NCBI GenBank assembly: GCA_021204585.1 | Contig: JAJPZC010000163.1 | Span: forward strand, 7,388 to 71,387 | Length of the DNA stretch: 64,000 bases | Source: Clostridia bacterium | GTDB lineage: Bacteria > Bacillota > Clostridia > Christensenellales > Borkfalkiaceae | Reading direction: 5' to 3' | Shown here: positions 1 through 9,033 of the stretch, piece by piece | Layout of the letters: every line of letters begins with the position of its first letter | Position numbering within the stretch: position 1 is the stretch's first letter | Notes under the pieces: generated by a model | Database searches by the model: none | Told to the model about the DNA's origin: nothing | The model's input: only the letters and a program-made list of their open reading frames with translations | Translations under genes and position numbers: made by a program

Positions 1-244
1 AAGCTCCAAATACAAAAAGCGGAGTGCGGTTAATTTTTGGCGTGCAGGTGATGTTGACTTTGAAAGGGCATGCAACAGATGCGCGGATTATGTTGGTTTA
101 TAACGGCCTGGCAAGGAAAAGTGCGGCATATTGTCTCGTTTTGACGATGTACGGTGGGAGGCGGCGAAAAAGGACAATCTTGCCGGAAAGTGTCTGAGAT
201 ATGAGATTTCCGACAAAAAAAGCCAACTTTGGTTTATTTTTCTG

Positions 245-273
245 TTGACAAGGCCGAATGAGGCCGTTATAAT
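245..273 (+). promoter_or_regulatory. SigA-type promoter upstream of the feo operon
   Basis: TTGACA (245-250), 17-nt spacer, TATAAT (268-273); about 60 nt upstream of the feoA start. Confidence 0.6.
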
Positions 274-288
274 GAGCCTGTAAAAAGG

Positions 289-302
289 TTAAACGCGTTT
301 AA
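289..302. promoter_or_regulatory. Perfect 14-bp palindrome, candidate operator between the feo promoter and RBS
   Basis: TTAAACGCGTTTAA is fully self-complementary and lies between the -10 box and the AAGGAGG RBS. Confidence 0.4.
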
Positions 303-335
303 GTTTTCAGCAGATTTAAAGGAGGTTTCCAAATT

Positions 336-548
336 ATGCCTATAGCTATCGCACCGTGCGGAACCGAACTTACTATCAGGAAGGTGAGTGCAGAGGACAA
401 GGTCCGCAAGCACTTGCAGGAACTTGGAATAACAGTAGGATCCAAGCTTACGCTGGTATCCTCAAGCGGCGGGAACGTCATTGTAATCGTCAAGGAAGGC
501 AGGCTGTGCCTGGACAGAAACCTTGCCGGCAAGATTCTTGTGGCTTAA
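336..548 (+). CDS. feoA: FeoA family iron transport protein
   Basis: 70-aa ORF with AAGGAGG RBS about 10 nt upstream; small FeoA-like sequence; located upstream of feoB. Confidence 0.85.
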   Translation: MPIAIAPCGTELTIRKVSAEDKVRKHLQELGITVGSKLTLVSSSGGNVIVIVKEGRLCLDRNLAGKILVA

Positions 549-653
549 ATCTACAGAGCCCTTTCATTGCGTATCGCGGGAAAATGAGGTACGCAATATT
601 TTTTCAGCAAATAATTAACCTAAGTTAAGTTTTATGGCCGTATATTCGGCGCT

Positions 654-893
654 ATGGAAGATATGACAAAGTTACTGAGCGAATTTACTGTTGGAGAAAG
701 CGGCAGGATTGTAAAGGTGGCCGGCGAGGGAAAGATCCGCAGGCGCCTGTTTGACATGGGAGTGACCCCCGGAGCCGAGGTTACGATGAAGAAGAAGGCT
801 CCGCTTGGAGACCCCATAGAGGTTACCTTGAGAGGGTATGAGCTCACATTAAGGAAAGTCGAGGCAGCATGCGTGGAGGTAGAGCTTAAATGA
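654..893 (+). CDS. feoA: FeoA family iron transport protein (second copy)
   Basis: 79-aa ORF (GESGRIVKVAGEGKIRRRLFDMGVTPG, typical FeoA core); stop overlaps the feoB start as ATGA. Confidence 0.85.
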   Translation: MEDMTKLLSEFTVGESGRIVKVAGEGKIRRRLFDMGVTPGAEVTMKKKAPLGDPIEVTLRGYELTLRKVEAACVEVELK

Positions 894-3346
894 GGACATT
901 TGCCCTGGCCGGCAATCCGAACTGCGGCAAGACCACGCTGTTCAACGCCCTGACGGGCTCTACGGCGCACGTGGGCAACTGGCCCGGCGTCACAGTGGAC
1001 AAGAAAGACGGCCTGTACAAGTCAGACAAGGAGACCGTAGCAATCATAGACCTGCCCGGCATATACTCCCTGTCCCCGTACACTCCGGAGGAAGTCATCG
1101 CCAGGAACTACATCCTGGATGAGCATCCGGACGGGATAATAAACATAGTAGACGCAACCAATCTGGAGCGCAACCTGTACCTCACCACCCAGATCCTTGA
1201 AATGGACGTGCCTGTCATCGTGGCCCTCAACTTCATGGACGAGGTGGAGAAGGCAGGGGACAAGATAGACCCTAAAGTCATAGAGAATGCCTTAGGCGTT
1301 CCCGTAGTCCCCGTCTCGGCGCTCACAGGCAAAGGCATAAAGGAGCTCATGGAGCGGGCCATCTCAATGCCCGCAACACGTGAGGGGAAGACCGTAATCC
1401 GGGATGCCATCTCAGGGCCCCTTGAACCCGTCCTTTCATACTACAAGGACAGCGACGTGAACTCGCCCCTCTTCCACGCCATTAAGCTTCTGGAGGCGGA
1501 CGAGATAGAGATAGAGCGCAAGGGCGCCAAGGCTGCCCTCGCCACAGCCACCGCCGGCCAGGCGGAGGGGGAGGAGGACCTTGAGGCCGTCATTGCGGAC
1601 GAGAGGTACAAGTACATCTCCGCGCACCTTTCCTCTGCCAAGACCAAGGCCATGCACACTCTGGAGACCAAGTCCGACAGGATAGACAAGGTCCTGACCC
1701 ACAGGGTATGGGCCATCCCCATCTTCCTTGTAATCCTTCTTCTTCTGTTCCACCTCACCTTCTCCAGCAACCTGTTCTTTTTGAACGGCTTCACGGAGAA
1801 GCAGAACTGGATGCCTACGCTTTTCGATCCCGTGGAGGAAGGCGGCTTAGGGTGGGAGGAGACCTGGTCCACAACGCTCCTTGCCTGTTTCTATGACGGC
1901 ACGGTGTTCTCGCCGGGCGTAATCCTTGCGAACATCTTCACCTGGATCACGGACTACATAACGGAAGGCGTATCCCTGCTCATATCCGTATGCGGCGGTG
2001 CGGCCTGGATAGACAGCCTGGTATGCGACGCCGTCCTCGGCGGCATCTTCGCGGTCCTCGGTTTCCTTCCCCAGATCCTTTTGCTGTTCCTCGGCTTCTC
2101 CATCCTTGAAGACACCGGCTACATGGCCCGGATCGCCTTCGTGCTGGACAGGATCTTCCGCCGCTTCGGCCTTTCCGGAAGAGCCTTCATGCCAATGATA
2201 ATGGGCTTCGGGTGCGGCCTGCCCGCAATCATAAACACCCGAACCCTTGCGGATGAGAAGGAGCGGACAGCCACGATTCGTGTAATTCCCTTCTTCTCCT
2301 GCGGCGCCAAGCTCCCCATCCTCACCGGCATGGCGGGCGCCATGGTATCCGCCTTCGGCTTCGGCAACGCAGACCTCATAACCTACGCCATGTACCTCGT
2401 GGGCATCATAACGGCCCTGGTGTGCGTTATCCTGATGCGCAACACCACCTTGAAGGGCGACACGCCGCCGTTCATAATGGAGCTGCCCACGTACCATTTC
2501 CCCAAGACCAGGAACCTCATGCTTCACATCTGGGACAAGGCGAAGCACTTCGTGAAGAAGGCCTTTACGATAATCTTCCTGTCCACCATAGTCATCTGGT
2601 TCCTGCAGTCCTTCTCATGGAGATGGGAGTTCCTTCTTCAGGACACTCAGGACCTCGTGGACGGCATAGGCCTCACCGCCTCTCAGAAGGCGCTCACGGC
2701 CGCAGATGCCAACTACTTCGTCAACATGTTCACGGACGGCAACGGGAACCTTCTGGTGGAGGGAATGGTAAACCTCCGCACGGATGAGTCCATTTTAGGC
2801 TCTTTAGGCATGCTCCTGCAGCCCATCTTCACGCCATTGGGCTTCGGCTCACAGGCCGGCGAACTGGGCTGGGTATTCGCGGTAGCCGCCATAACCGGCC
2901 TCGTTGCGAAAGAGAACGTAGTGGCAACCTTCGGCGCCCTCGCAGCAGTCGTAGCCGCCACATACATAGACACCGAAACCAACGGCGCGGCGGCCTGCCT
3001 CGCCATGGTTGCCAACACGGACATAACCTGGCAGGGAGTGATTGCCTTCATAGTCTTCAACATGACCACAATCCCCTGCTTCGCATCCTGCGCAACGGCC
3101 AAGGCGGAGCTTCCCAAGGGCAAGTTCAAATGGACGCTGCTCTTCTGGTTCGCCACCAGCTACATCGTATCCGCCTGCGTCTACACCGTCCTCTCCTGGT
3201 GGTGGACCACGTTCATCTGGCTTGCAGCCCTTGCAATCGCTGTAACGCTCATCGTCCTCAACAACCGCCACAAGCTGGACAAGCTGAAGATCCGCCGCCG
3301 CAACAAGAAGAACGGCCCGGACAACACCGCCGCCGCAAGCGACTAG
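890..3346 (+). CDS. feoB: Ferrous iron transporter FeoB
   Basis: 818 aa; N-terminal G domain (GNPNCGKTTLFN, DLPG) followed by a long polytopic membrane domain. Confidence 0.97.
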   Translation: MRTFALAGNPNCGKTTLFNALTGSTAHVGNWPGVTVDKKDGLYKSDKETVAIIDLPGIYSLSPYTPEEVIARNYILDEHPDGIINIVDATNLERNLYLTTQILEMDVPVIVALNFMDEVEKAGDKIDPKVIENALGVPVVPVSALTGKGIKELMERAISMPATREGKTVIRDAISGPLEPVLSYYKDSDVNSPLFHAIKLLEADEIEIERKGAKAALATATAGQAEGEEDLEAVIADERYKYISAHLSSAKTKAMHTLETKSDRIDKVLTHRVWAIPIFLVILLLLFHLTFSSNLFFLNGFTEKQNWMPTLFDPVEEGGLGWEETWSTTLLACFYDGTVFSPGVILANIFTWITDYITEGVSLLISVCGGAAWIDSLVCDAVLGGIFAVLGFLPQILLLFLGFSILEDTGYMARIAFVLDRIFRRFGLSGRAFMPMIMGFGCGLPAIINTRTLADEKERTATIRVIPFFSCGAKLPILTGMAGAMVSAFGFGNADLITYAMYLVGIITALVCVILMRNTTLKGDTPPFIMELPTYHFPKTRNLMLHIWDKAKHFVKKAFTIIFLSTIVIWFLQSFSWRWEFLLQDTQDLVDGIGLTASQKALTAADANYFVNMFTDGNGNLLVEGMVNLRTDESILGSLGMLLQPIFTPLGFGSQAGELGWVFAVAAITGLVAKENVVATFGALAAVVAATYIDTETNGAAACLAMVANTDITWQGVIAFIVFNMTTIPCFASCATAKAELPKGKFKWTLLFWFATSYIVSACVYTVLSWWWTTFIWLAALAIAVTLIVLNNRHKLDKLKIRRRNKKNGPDNTAAASD

Positions 3347-3484
3347 CGGCCGGCTCTGGACCTGCTCCAAACCGCGCATACTGCAGCCCCAATGCCGCAA
3401 AACTGCGGCCTGCAGCGCAGCTTATCCACAATTTCCCCATACTGTGTGGGGAAAAACTGAAACCCACAGGGATATAGGCAAAAC

Positions 3485-3745
3485 ATGAACTGGTTTGACA
3501 TCCTCATCATATGCATCCTCGCAGCGGCAGTAATCGTGGCTGCGGCGATAGTCATATACAACAAGCTCCACGGCAAGGGCGGGGACTGTGACGGCTGTCC
3601 GGGCTGCCACAGCTGCTCCTCATGCCACCAGAGCGGCAAGTGCCATTACCAGATCCCGGAGGACATCCAGAAGATCCTGGACGATGCCCAGGCCAAGAAG
3701 TCCTCATCCGGTTCCGCAGAGGACCAGCACAACGCGCAGCAGTGA
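3485..3745 (+). CDS. FeoB-associated Cys-rich membrane protein
   Basis: 86 aa; one N-terminal TM helix then GGDCDGCPGCHSCSSCHQSGKC; position directly after feoB is typical for this family. Confidence 0.75.
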   Translation: MNWFDILIICILAAAVIVAAAIVIYNKLHGKGGDCDGCPGCHSCSSCHQSGKCHYQIPEDIQKILDDAQAKKSSSGSAEDQHNAQQ

Positions 3746-4132
3746 CGCACCGCTCCCCGGCACATTTCATCTAACACACATCATCTCTGATTTTTAATAT
3801 GGTTCGTTTGTCCCCGGGTCCCTGGCCCGGGGATTAAACTTTTCCCCAAGGGGGGAGAAGCCTCTCCAGGCGTCTTCCGGGGCCGTATATGGCTCTGCTT
3901 CAGGCGCCATATCTGTTCTCCTGTGGGCAAAAACATGCCCGCACAGGCGGCCAGAAGGCGCATATGAGAGCCCTTAAAGCGGGGCTGCGTGAGTTTATGA
4001 TACAAACCTCGTTGCTGGAGCACAAAAACGCAAGGCGGGGATGAAACTTTGTTCAAACATTTGCAAAACGGCAGAGGGCTGTATATAATGTAGAATGAAG
4101 AAACAGCAGATTATTTTAAAGAGGACACGGTC

Positions 4133-5338
4133 ATGATAAAGATATCACACAGAGTCTCCACAATAGCCCCTTCCATGACGCTTGCCATTTCCGCCAAGGC
4201 CAATGACCTCAAGGCGCAGGGCATCAAAGTTATCAATTTCGGCGTCGGTGAGCCGGATTTCAATACCCCGGAGCACATCTGCCAGGCAGCGAAGGACGCC
4301 CTGGACAAGGGATACACGAAGTACGTTGCGGCTTCCGGCCTTCCGGCACTCAAGAAGGCAATATGCAAGAAGTTCAAGGATGACAATGACCTGGATTACA
4401 AGCCCTCTCAGATTATAGTTTCCAACGGTGCAAAGCACTCCATCTTCAACGCACTCTTCGCCACCATCAACCCCGGCGACGAGGTTCTCATCCCGAAGCC
4501 GTACTGGCTCACGTATCCTGAGGTAGTGAAGAGCGTGGGCGGCGTGCCCAATTACATCTACGCCACGCCCCGCCACGGCTACAAAGTAACCGCAGCGCAG
4601 ATAGAGGAGGCCATAGGCCCCAAGACCAAGATGCTCATCTTCAACAGCCCCAACAATCCCACGGGCGCTGTATACACGGAGCACGAGATCCGCGCCATAG
4701 CGGACGTATGCGTAAAGCACAACATCACAGTCCTTGCGGACGAGATATACGAAAAGCTCATATACGGCGGCGAGAAGCACTTCTCCATAGCCGCATGCTC
4801 CCCTGAGATGAAGGAGCTCACGATAGTCATCAACGGTGTTTCCAAGTCATACGCCATGACGGGCTGGCGCCTCGGATACCTCGCAGCACCCGACAAGGTA
4901 GCCGCAGCCATTTCCTCATTCCAGAGCCACTCCACATCCAACGTCAACACCATGACCCAGTACGCAGCCATAGCTGCGCTTGAGGGCCCCACAGAGCCTA
5001 TGGAAGAGATGATAAAGGCCTTCGGACAGCGCCGCAACCGCATGCTTGAGATACTGGATTCCATGAAGCCCCTAGGATATGACTACGTGAAGCCGGACGG
5101 CGCCTTCTACGTAATGCTTCTCTGCGACAAGCTCTACGGCAAGAAGTACAAGGGCAAGGAGATAACCGGCAGCATGGATATGGCAGACCTTCTTCTCACC
5201 GAGAAGCAGATAGCCCTGACTCCCGGAGTATGCTTCGGCGATGACGATGCCGTGCGCCTCTCATACGCCCTCGGCATGGAGGACATGGAGTGCGGCCTTG
5301 CCAAGATAGCAGAGTTCGCCACAGAGCTTGAGGACTAA
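4133..5338 (+). CDS. Class I PLP-dependent aminotransferase (aspartate aminotransferase-like)
   Basis: 401 aa; NPTG, SKSYAMTGWRLGY (PLP-lysine motif). Confidence 0.93.
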   Translation: MIKISHRVSTIAPSMTLAISAKANDLKAQGIKVINFGVGEPDFNTPEHICQAAKDALDKGYTKYVAASGLPALKKAICKKFKDDNDLDYKPSQIIVSNGAKHSIFNALFATINPGDEVLIPKPYWLTYPEVVKSVGGVPNYIYATPRHGYKVTAAQIEEAIGPKTKMLIFNSPNNPTGAVYTEHEIRAIADVCVKHNITVLADEIYEKLIYGGEKHFSIAACSPEMKELTIVINGVSKSYAMTGWRLGYLAAPDKVAAAISSFQSHSTSNVNTMTQYAAIAALEGPTEPMEEMIKAFGQRRNRMLEILDSMKPLGYDYVKPDGAFYVMLLCDKLYGKKYKGKEITGSMDMADLLLTEKQIALTPGVCFGDDDAVRLSYALGMEDMECGLAKIAEFATELED

Positions 5339-5573
5339 AAGCTCCAGGGGGGTCCCGCCCCGGGAGAGGGCCGTCAATGTGCACCAAAGCGGCTCCATTG
5401 CAATGCGTCCAGTGGCCAAAAATAGCTATATATGTGCGCAGAACGGCCGATTTCACAAGGTGACGGGTTTTTGAAAAACAGGTAAAATTTTGGCTGTTGC
5501 TATTGAAATTCACCCTGACAGCTGTTAGAATGAGCGTAACAGAACATTTTTCAACAGCTTCAGGAGGAACTTC

Positions 5574-5981
5574 ATGATTAAAATAGTTTATGGACCTAAG
5601 GGCTCCGGAAAGACAAAGCGGCTCATTGCCATGGCTAACGCTGATGTGGCTACTGCGAAGGGACTGAGCGTCTTTATCACGGACAACAAGAGGGGCATGT
5701 ATGATGTCAACAGAGCCGTTAAGTACATAGATGTCAAGGATTTCAATATCACTGGGGAAGAGGCGCTCTGCGGCTTCATACTGGGCGTCTGCGCATGCAG
5801 CTATGACCAGGAGTTCGTCTACGTGGACGGCATAGCGCGCATTGCGGGCAAGAGCGTGAGTGAGCTCTCAAAGCTCTTCTACATGCTTGAGAAGGTCTCC
5901 AATGATAACGATATAACAATTGTGCTGACGTGCAGCTGTGAAAAGGAAGACCTCCCGGATTTCGTAAAGAAGTACGTATGA
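5574..5981 (+). CDS. Small stand-alone P-loop NTPase-like protein, function unknown
   Basis: 135 aa; Walker A GPKGSGKT at residues 7-14; possible Walker B FVYVDG; RBS AGGAGG upstream. Confidence 0.6.
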   Translation: MIKIVYGPKGSGKTKRLIAMANADVATAKGLSVFITDNKRGMYDVNRAVKYIDVKDFNITGEEALCGFILGVCACSYDQEFVYVDGIARIAGKSVSELSKLFYMLEKVSNDNDITIVLTCSCEKEDLPDFVKKYV

Positions 5982-6009
5982 GACGTACCCAGGACCAATA
6001 TGTCTTTCC

Positions 6010-6036
6010 AGACGGCGCACTATGCGCCGTCTTTTA
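6010..6036 (+). terminator. Rho-independent terminator
   Basis: AGACGGCGCA / TGCGCCGTCT stem with 3-nt loop, followed by a T-run. Confidence 0.7.
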
Positions 6037-6197
6037 AATTGGCATCGGCCCGCAAACGGCCCGGATGAGAGAACTGGCCGCCGGCACATCCTCCAAAGGA
6101 CAATACAAACCCGCATGAACGCATTCATGCGCAGATATTATAGAAGTAAGCACAAAAGACCCGCCGGCATGGCGGGTGAAGGCAGGTAGAGAGCGAC

Positions 6198-7685
6198 ATG
6201 AACTTTATCAGCACGAGAGGCGGAGAGAAGGTTACCGGTGCCCAGGCCATAGTAAAGGGCTTATCGGAGGGCGGCGGCCTTTACGTACCGGAGACATTCC
6301 CGAAAGTCTCTGCCTCCGAGATGGAGAAGATGGTGGATATGAGCTACCCGGAGCGCGCGGCTCTGGTTTTAGGCAAGTATCTGGATGACTATGACCAGGC
6401 GGACCTTCTGAAGGCCTGCGAGGCAGCGTACGCCAAGTTCGACGGAGACCCCGCCCCGCTTTTAAGGCTTGATGACCAGATATACATGCTGGAGCTCTGG
6501 CACGGCCCCACGTGCGCTTTCAAGGACATGGCCTTGACCCTCCTGCCGTACCTTCTCCGCAAAGGCTGTGACATCTGCGGCATAAAGGAAGAGATCCTGG
6601 TCCTCGTGGCCACCTCGGGCGACACCGGCAAAGCCGCCCTGGAGGGGTTCAGGGACGCAGAGGGAGTGAAGATAATGGTCTTCTACCCCTCGGAGGGAGT
6701 CTCCAAGATGCAGAAGATGCAGATGTGCACGCAGGAAGGCGGCAACGTGAACGTCGTGGCCGTGAAGGGCAACTTCGATGACTGCCAGACGGCCGTCAAG
6801 GAGATATTCTCCTCACCCCAGGACAATGCCGTCCTCAAAGAGAAGGGCATCCTTCTTTCATCCGCAAACTCCATAAACTTCGGCCGCCTTGCGCCCCAGA
6901 TCGCCTACTATTTCTCCGCCTACCTGGACCTTGTATCCAGCTGCCAGATAGACCAGGGAGACCAGGTGGACTTCTGCGTTCCCACGGGCAACTTCGGCAA
7001 CATCCTCGCAGCCTACTACGCAAAGCAGATGGGCCTGCCTGTCCGCAGGCTGCACTGCGCATCCAACATGAACAACATCCTCACGGATTTCTTAAAGACC
7101 GGCGTATACGACACCAACCGTGAGTTCTACCGCACCACGTCCCCGTCCATGGACATCCTCGTCTCCTCCAACTTGGAGCGCCTCATATTTGAGGTCTCCG
7201 GCCGCAACTCAAAGCTCACCACGGAGCGCATGACGTCCCTCAAGAAGACTGGCAAGTACTCCATAACCCCTGCAGAACTTGCCGCCATCCAGCAGACCTT
7301 TGACGGCGGCTATGCCACGGAGGATGCCTGCGTGGAGGCCATGTATGACGTCTTCATGGACGTAGGCTATACCATGGACACCCACACGGGCTGCGCCATG
7401 AAGGTGGCCTTGGACTGGTTTGAGAAGAACAAGAAGGACGAGACGAACATGATAATCGTCTCCACGGCCAACCCGTACAAGTTCCCGCAGGACGTCTTGT
7501 ACGCCGTAACGGGCAACGACGTCAAGGACAGCTTCAAGGGCATCAAGCGCCTCCATGCCGCAACCGCCATGGAAGTTCCCAAGAGCCTCATATCCCTCAG
7601 GGACAAGCCCGTCCGCTTCACACGCGTGGCCACAAAGAAGGAGCTCTTCAACGAGGTCCTCGCCTTCGTGGACGGCCAATCCTAA
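6198..7685 (+). CDS. thrC: Threonine synthase
   Basis: 495 aa; MNFISTRGG start, HGPTCAFKDMAL PLP-lysine motif of long-form ThrC. Confidence 0.93.
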   Translation: MNFISTRGGEKVTGAQAIVKGLSEGGGLYVPETFPKVSASEMEKMVDMSYPERAALVLGKYLDDYDQADLLKACEAAYAKFDGDPAPLLRLDDQIYMLELWHGPTCAFKDMALTLLPYLLRKGCDICGIKEEILVLVATSGDTGKAALEGFRDAEGVKIMVFYPSEGVSKMQKMQMCTQEGGNVNVVAVKGNFDDCQTAVKEIFSSPQDNAVLKEKGILLSSANSINFGRLAPQIAYYFSAYLDLVSSCQIDQGDQVDFCVPTGNFGNILAAYYAKQMGLPVRRLHCASNMNNILTDFLKTGVYDTNREFYRTTSPSMDILVSSNLERLIFEVSGRNSKLTTERMTSLKKTGKYSITPAELAAIQQTFDGGYATEDACVEAMYDVFMDVGYTMDTHTGCAMKVALDWFEKNKKDETNMIIVSTANPYKFPQDVLYAVTGNDVKDSFKGIKRLHAATAMEVPKSLISLRDKPVRFTRVATKKELFNEVLAFVDGQS

Positions 7686-7729
7686 AGACCGGCACAGGCT
7701 TCGCATCAGGTCTTAAGCAGCAAAACCAA

Positions 7730-7754
7730 GGGGTGCCGTTCCGGCGCCCCTTTT
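7730..7754 (+). terminator. Rho-independent terminator
   Basis: GGGGTGCCG / CGGCGCCCC stem (one G-U pair), TTTT tail. Confidence 0.65.
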
Positions 7755-7839
7755 CTAAAATCCGTTTCATAAAGACCGGAGAGGAAAAATCCAAACGGGC
7801 GGCCTGCAGGCGCCGTCCGGCCATAGACCGGGGGATCTC

Positions 7840-8628
7840 ATGGACTACACCAAAAGCGTTTTCATAGCATTCCTTTTGCAGATTGTGCTAACCATTGGCG
7901 TCATAGTCGTTTTCGGACTGCTCATATCCCTCTGCAACAGGGGCTTCTATTCCAGCTTCAAGAGGCATGCCAAGGCGGTATGCTATGCAACCGGGGTCAT
8001 AGGCACCCCGGTGCATGAGCTTTCGCATGCCCTGTTCTGCGTCATTTTCGGCCACAGGATAGTGGACATGAAGCTGTTCCAGATAAGCTCAGAGGACGGC
8101 ACTTTAGGCTACGTTGCGCATACGTACAACCACAGGAACGTATACCAGCAGATAGGCAACTTCTTCATTGGAGTTGCTCCCATCATAGTCATCGCCGCCC
8201 TCATGTACCTCTTCGCCTGGCTTCTGCTGCCGTCCTTCACCCAGACCATCAACACCCTTCCCGCAACCATAGAGTCCGTCAGCTTCAAGCCCCTCATGCA
8301 GAACGTCTGGGTCATCATCAAGTCCTTCTTCTCGCTCATAGGCACGTGGCAGTGGTGGGTGTTCTTCATCATAGGCCTGTTCCTTTGCCTCCACATGACC
8401 TTGAGCGGCGCAGACATCAAGACCGCCTGGAGCGGCATCATCCTGCTCCTCGTCGTTGTCCTCGTCGTGGACTTCATTCTGGCAGCCATAAAGATGTCTC
8501 TTCTCACGTCCTTCACCAGCGCGGTCATAAGCATAGGCGGATACCTTCTTTCCATCATGCTCATATCGCTCATAATCTCGCTCCTGTACCTTCTCGTCTC
8601 GCTTCCCTTCCGGTTCATCTTCAAGTAG
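7840..8628 (+). CDS. Polytopic membrane protein with HExxH motif (putative membrane zincin, DUF3267-like)
   Basis: 262 aa; several hydrophobic helices; HELSHALF motif after the first TM. Confidence 0.6.
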   Translation: MDYTKSVFIAFLLQIVLTIGVIVVFGLLISLCNRGFYSSFKRHAKAVCYATGVIGTPVHELSHALFCVIFGHRIVDMKLFQISSEDGTLGYVAHTYNHRNVYQQIGNFFIGVAPIIVIAALMYLFAWLLLPSFTQTINTLPATIESVSFKPLMQNVWVIIKSFFSLIGTWQWWVFFIIGLFLCLHMTLSGADIKTAWSGIILLLVVVLVVDFILAAIKMSLLTSFTSAVISIGGYLLSIMLISLIISLLYLLVSLPFRFIFK

Positions 8629-8675
8629 GCAGCAGGGGAGAGGCGCAGCCGGCCCAGATTCATACATGGAACACG

Positions 8676-8702
8676 CAGCGGACCTCAAGGGGCCGCTGTT
8701 TT
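8676..8702 (+). terminator. Rho-independent terminator
   Basis: CAGCGGACC / GGGGCCGCTG stem with TCAA loop, followed by TTTT. Confidence 0.65.
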
Positions 8703-8761
8703 CACAGATTGCAGTTTGGCCTAAGATACAAGCCAAACAAGACGGAAACGGGCGGCTTTTG

Positions 8762-8790
8762 TTGACACCCCGCCCGGCGGGGCATAATAT
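8762..8790 (+). promoter_or_regulatory. Candidate SigA-type promoter with a GC dyad in the spacer
   Basis: TTGACA, 17-nt spacer, TAATAT; the spacer contains CCCCGCC-C-GGCGGGG. Confidence 0.5.
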
Positions 8791-8862
8791 GGGAATACGT
8801 CAACACCTGCGGCACAGGGTGTTGATATACGGCGGCGCAGAGCAGCCGCTATGTGAAATTTT

Positions 8863-8895
8863 CCGGCCACTGGAAGCGCCTTCGGCCGGGCTTTT
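8863..8895 (+). terminator. Terminator/attenuator-like hairpin about 100 nt after the 8762 promoter
   Basis: CCGGCC-(ACTG bulge)-GAAG CGC CTTC-GGCCGG, followed by GCTTTT. Confidence 0.45.
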
Positions 8896-8908
8896 ATGAT
8901 GAAAATGT

Positions 8909-8946
8909 GGTGACGGGGTGACGGTTTCCGTTTAATTGGGTGACGG
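8909..8946. repeat. Three copies of GGTGACGG upstream of trpS
   Basis: GGTGACGG at 8909-8916 and 8917-8924 (tandem) and at 8939-8946. Confidence 0.8.
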
Positions 8947-8969
8947 GGGCTTATATTTCGCAAAATCGT

Positions 8970-8998
8970 TTGTTATTTGATTTTCGTTGTGCTATTAT
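8970..8998 (+). promoter_or_regulatory. Candidate proximal trpS promoter
   Basis: TTGTTA, 17-nt spacer, TATTAT; 35 nt upstream of the trpS ATG. Confidence 0.4.
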
Positions 8999-9033
8999 GT
9001 ATTTGTAGAATTTTCTAGTTTCAGGCCGGGAAT

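Noticed and set aside
3422-3430. Isolated perfect DnaA box TTATCCACA between feoB and the Cys-rich gene.
   Set aside because: A single 9-mer occurrence is compatible with chance in 64 kb and has no companion boxes.
8860-8880. GCCACTG string resembling the B12 box of cobalamin riboswitches, with GGGAA and GTGAAA upstream.
   Set aside because: The element is only about 100 nt, lacks the rest of the cobalamin consensus, and trpS has no B12 link.
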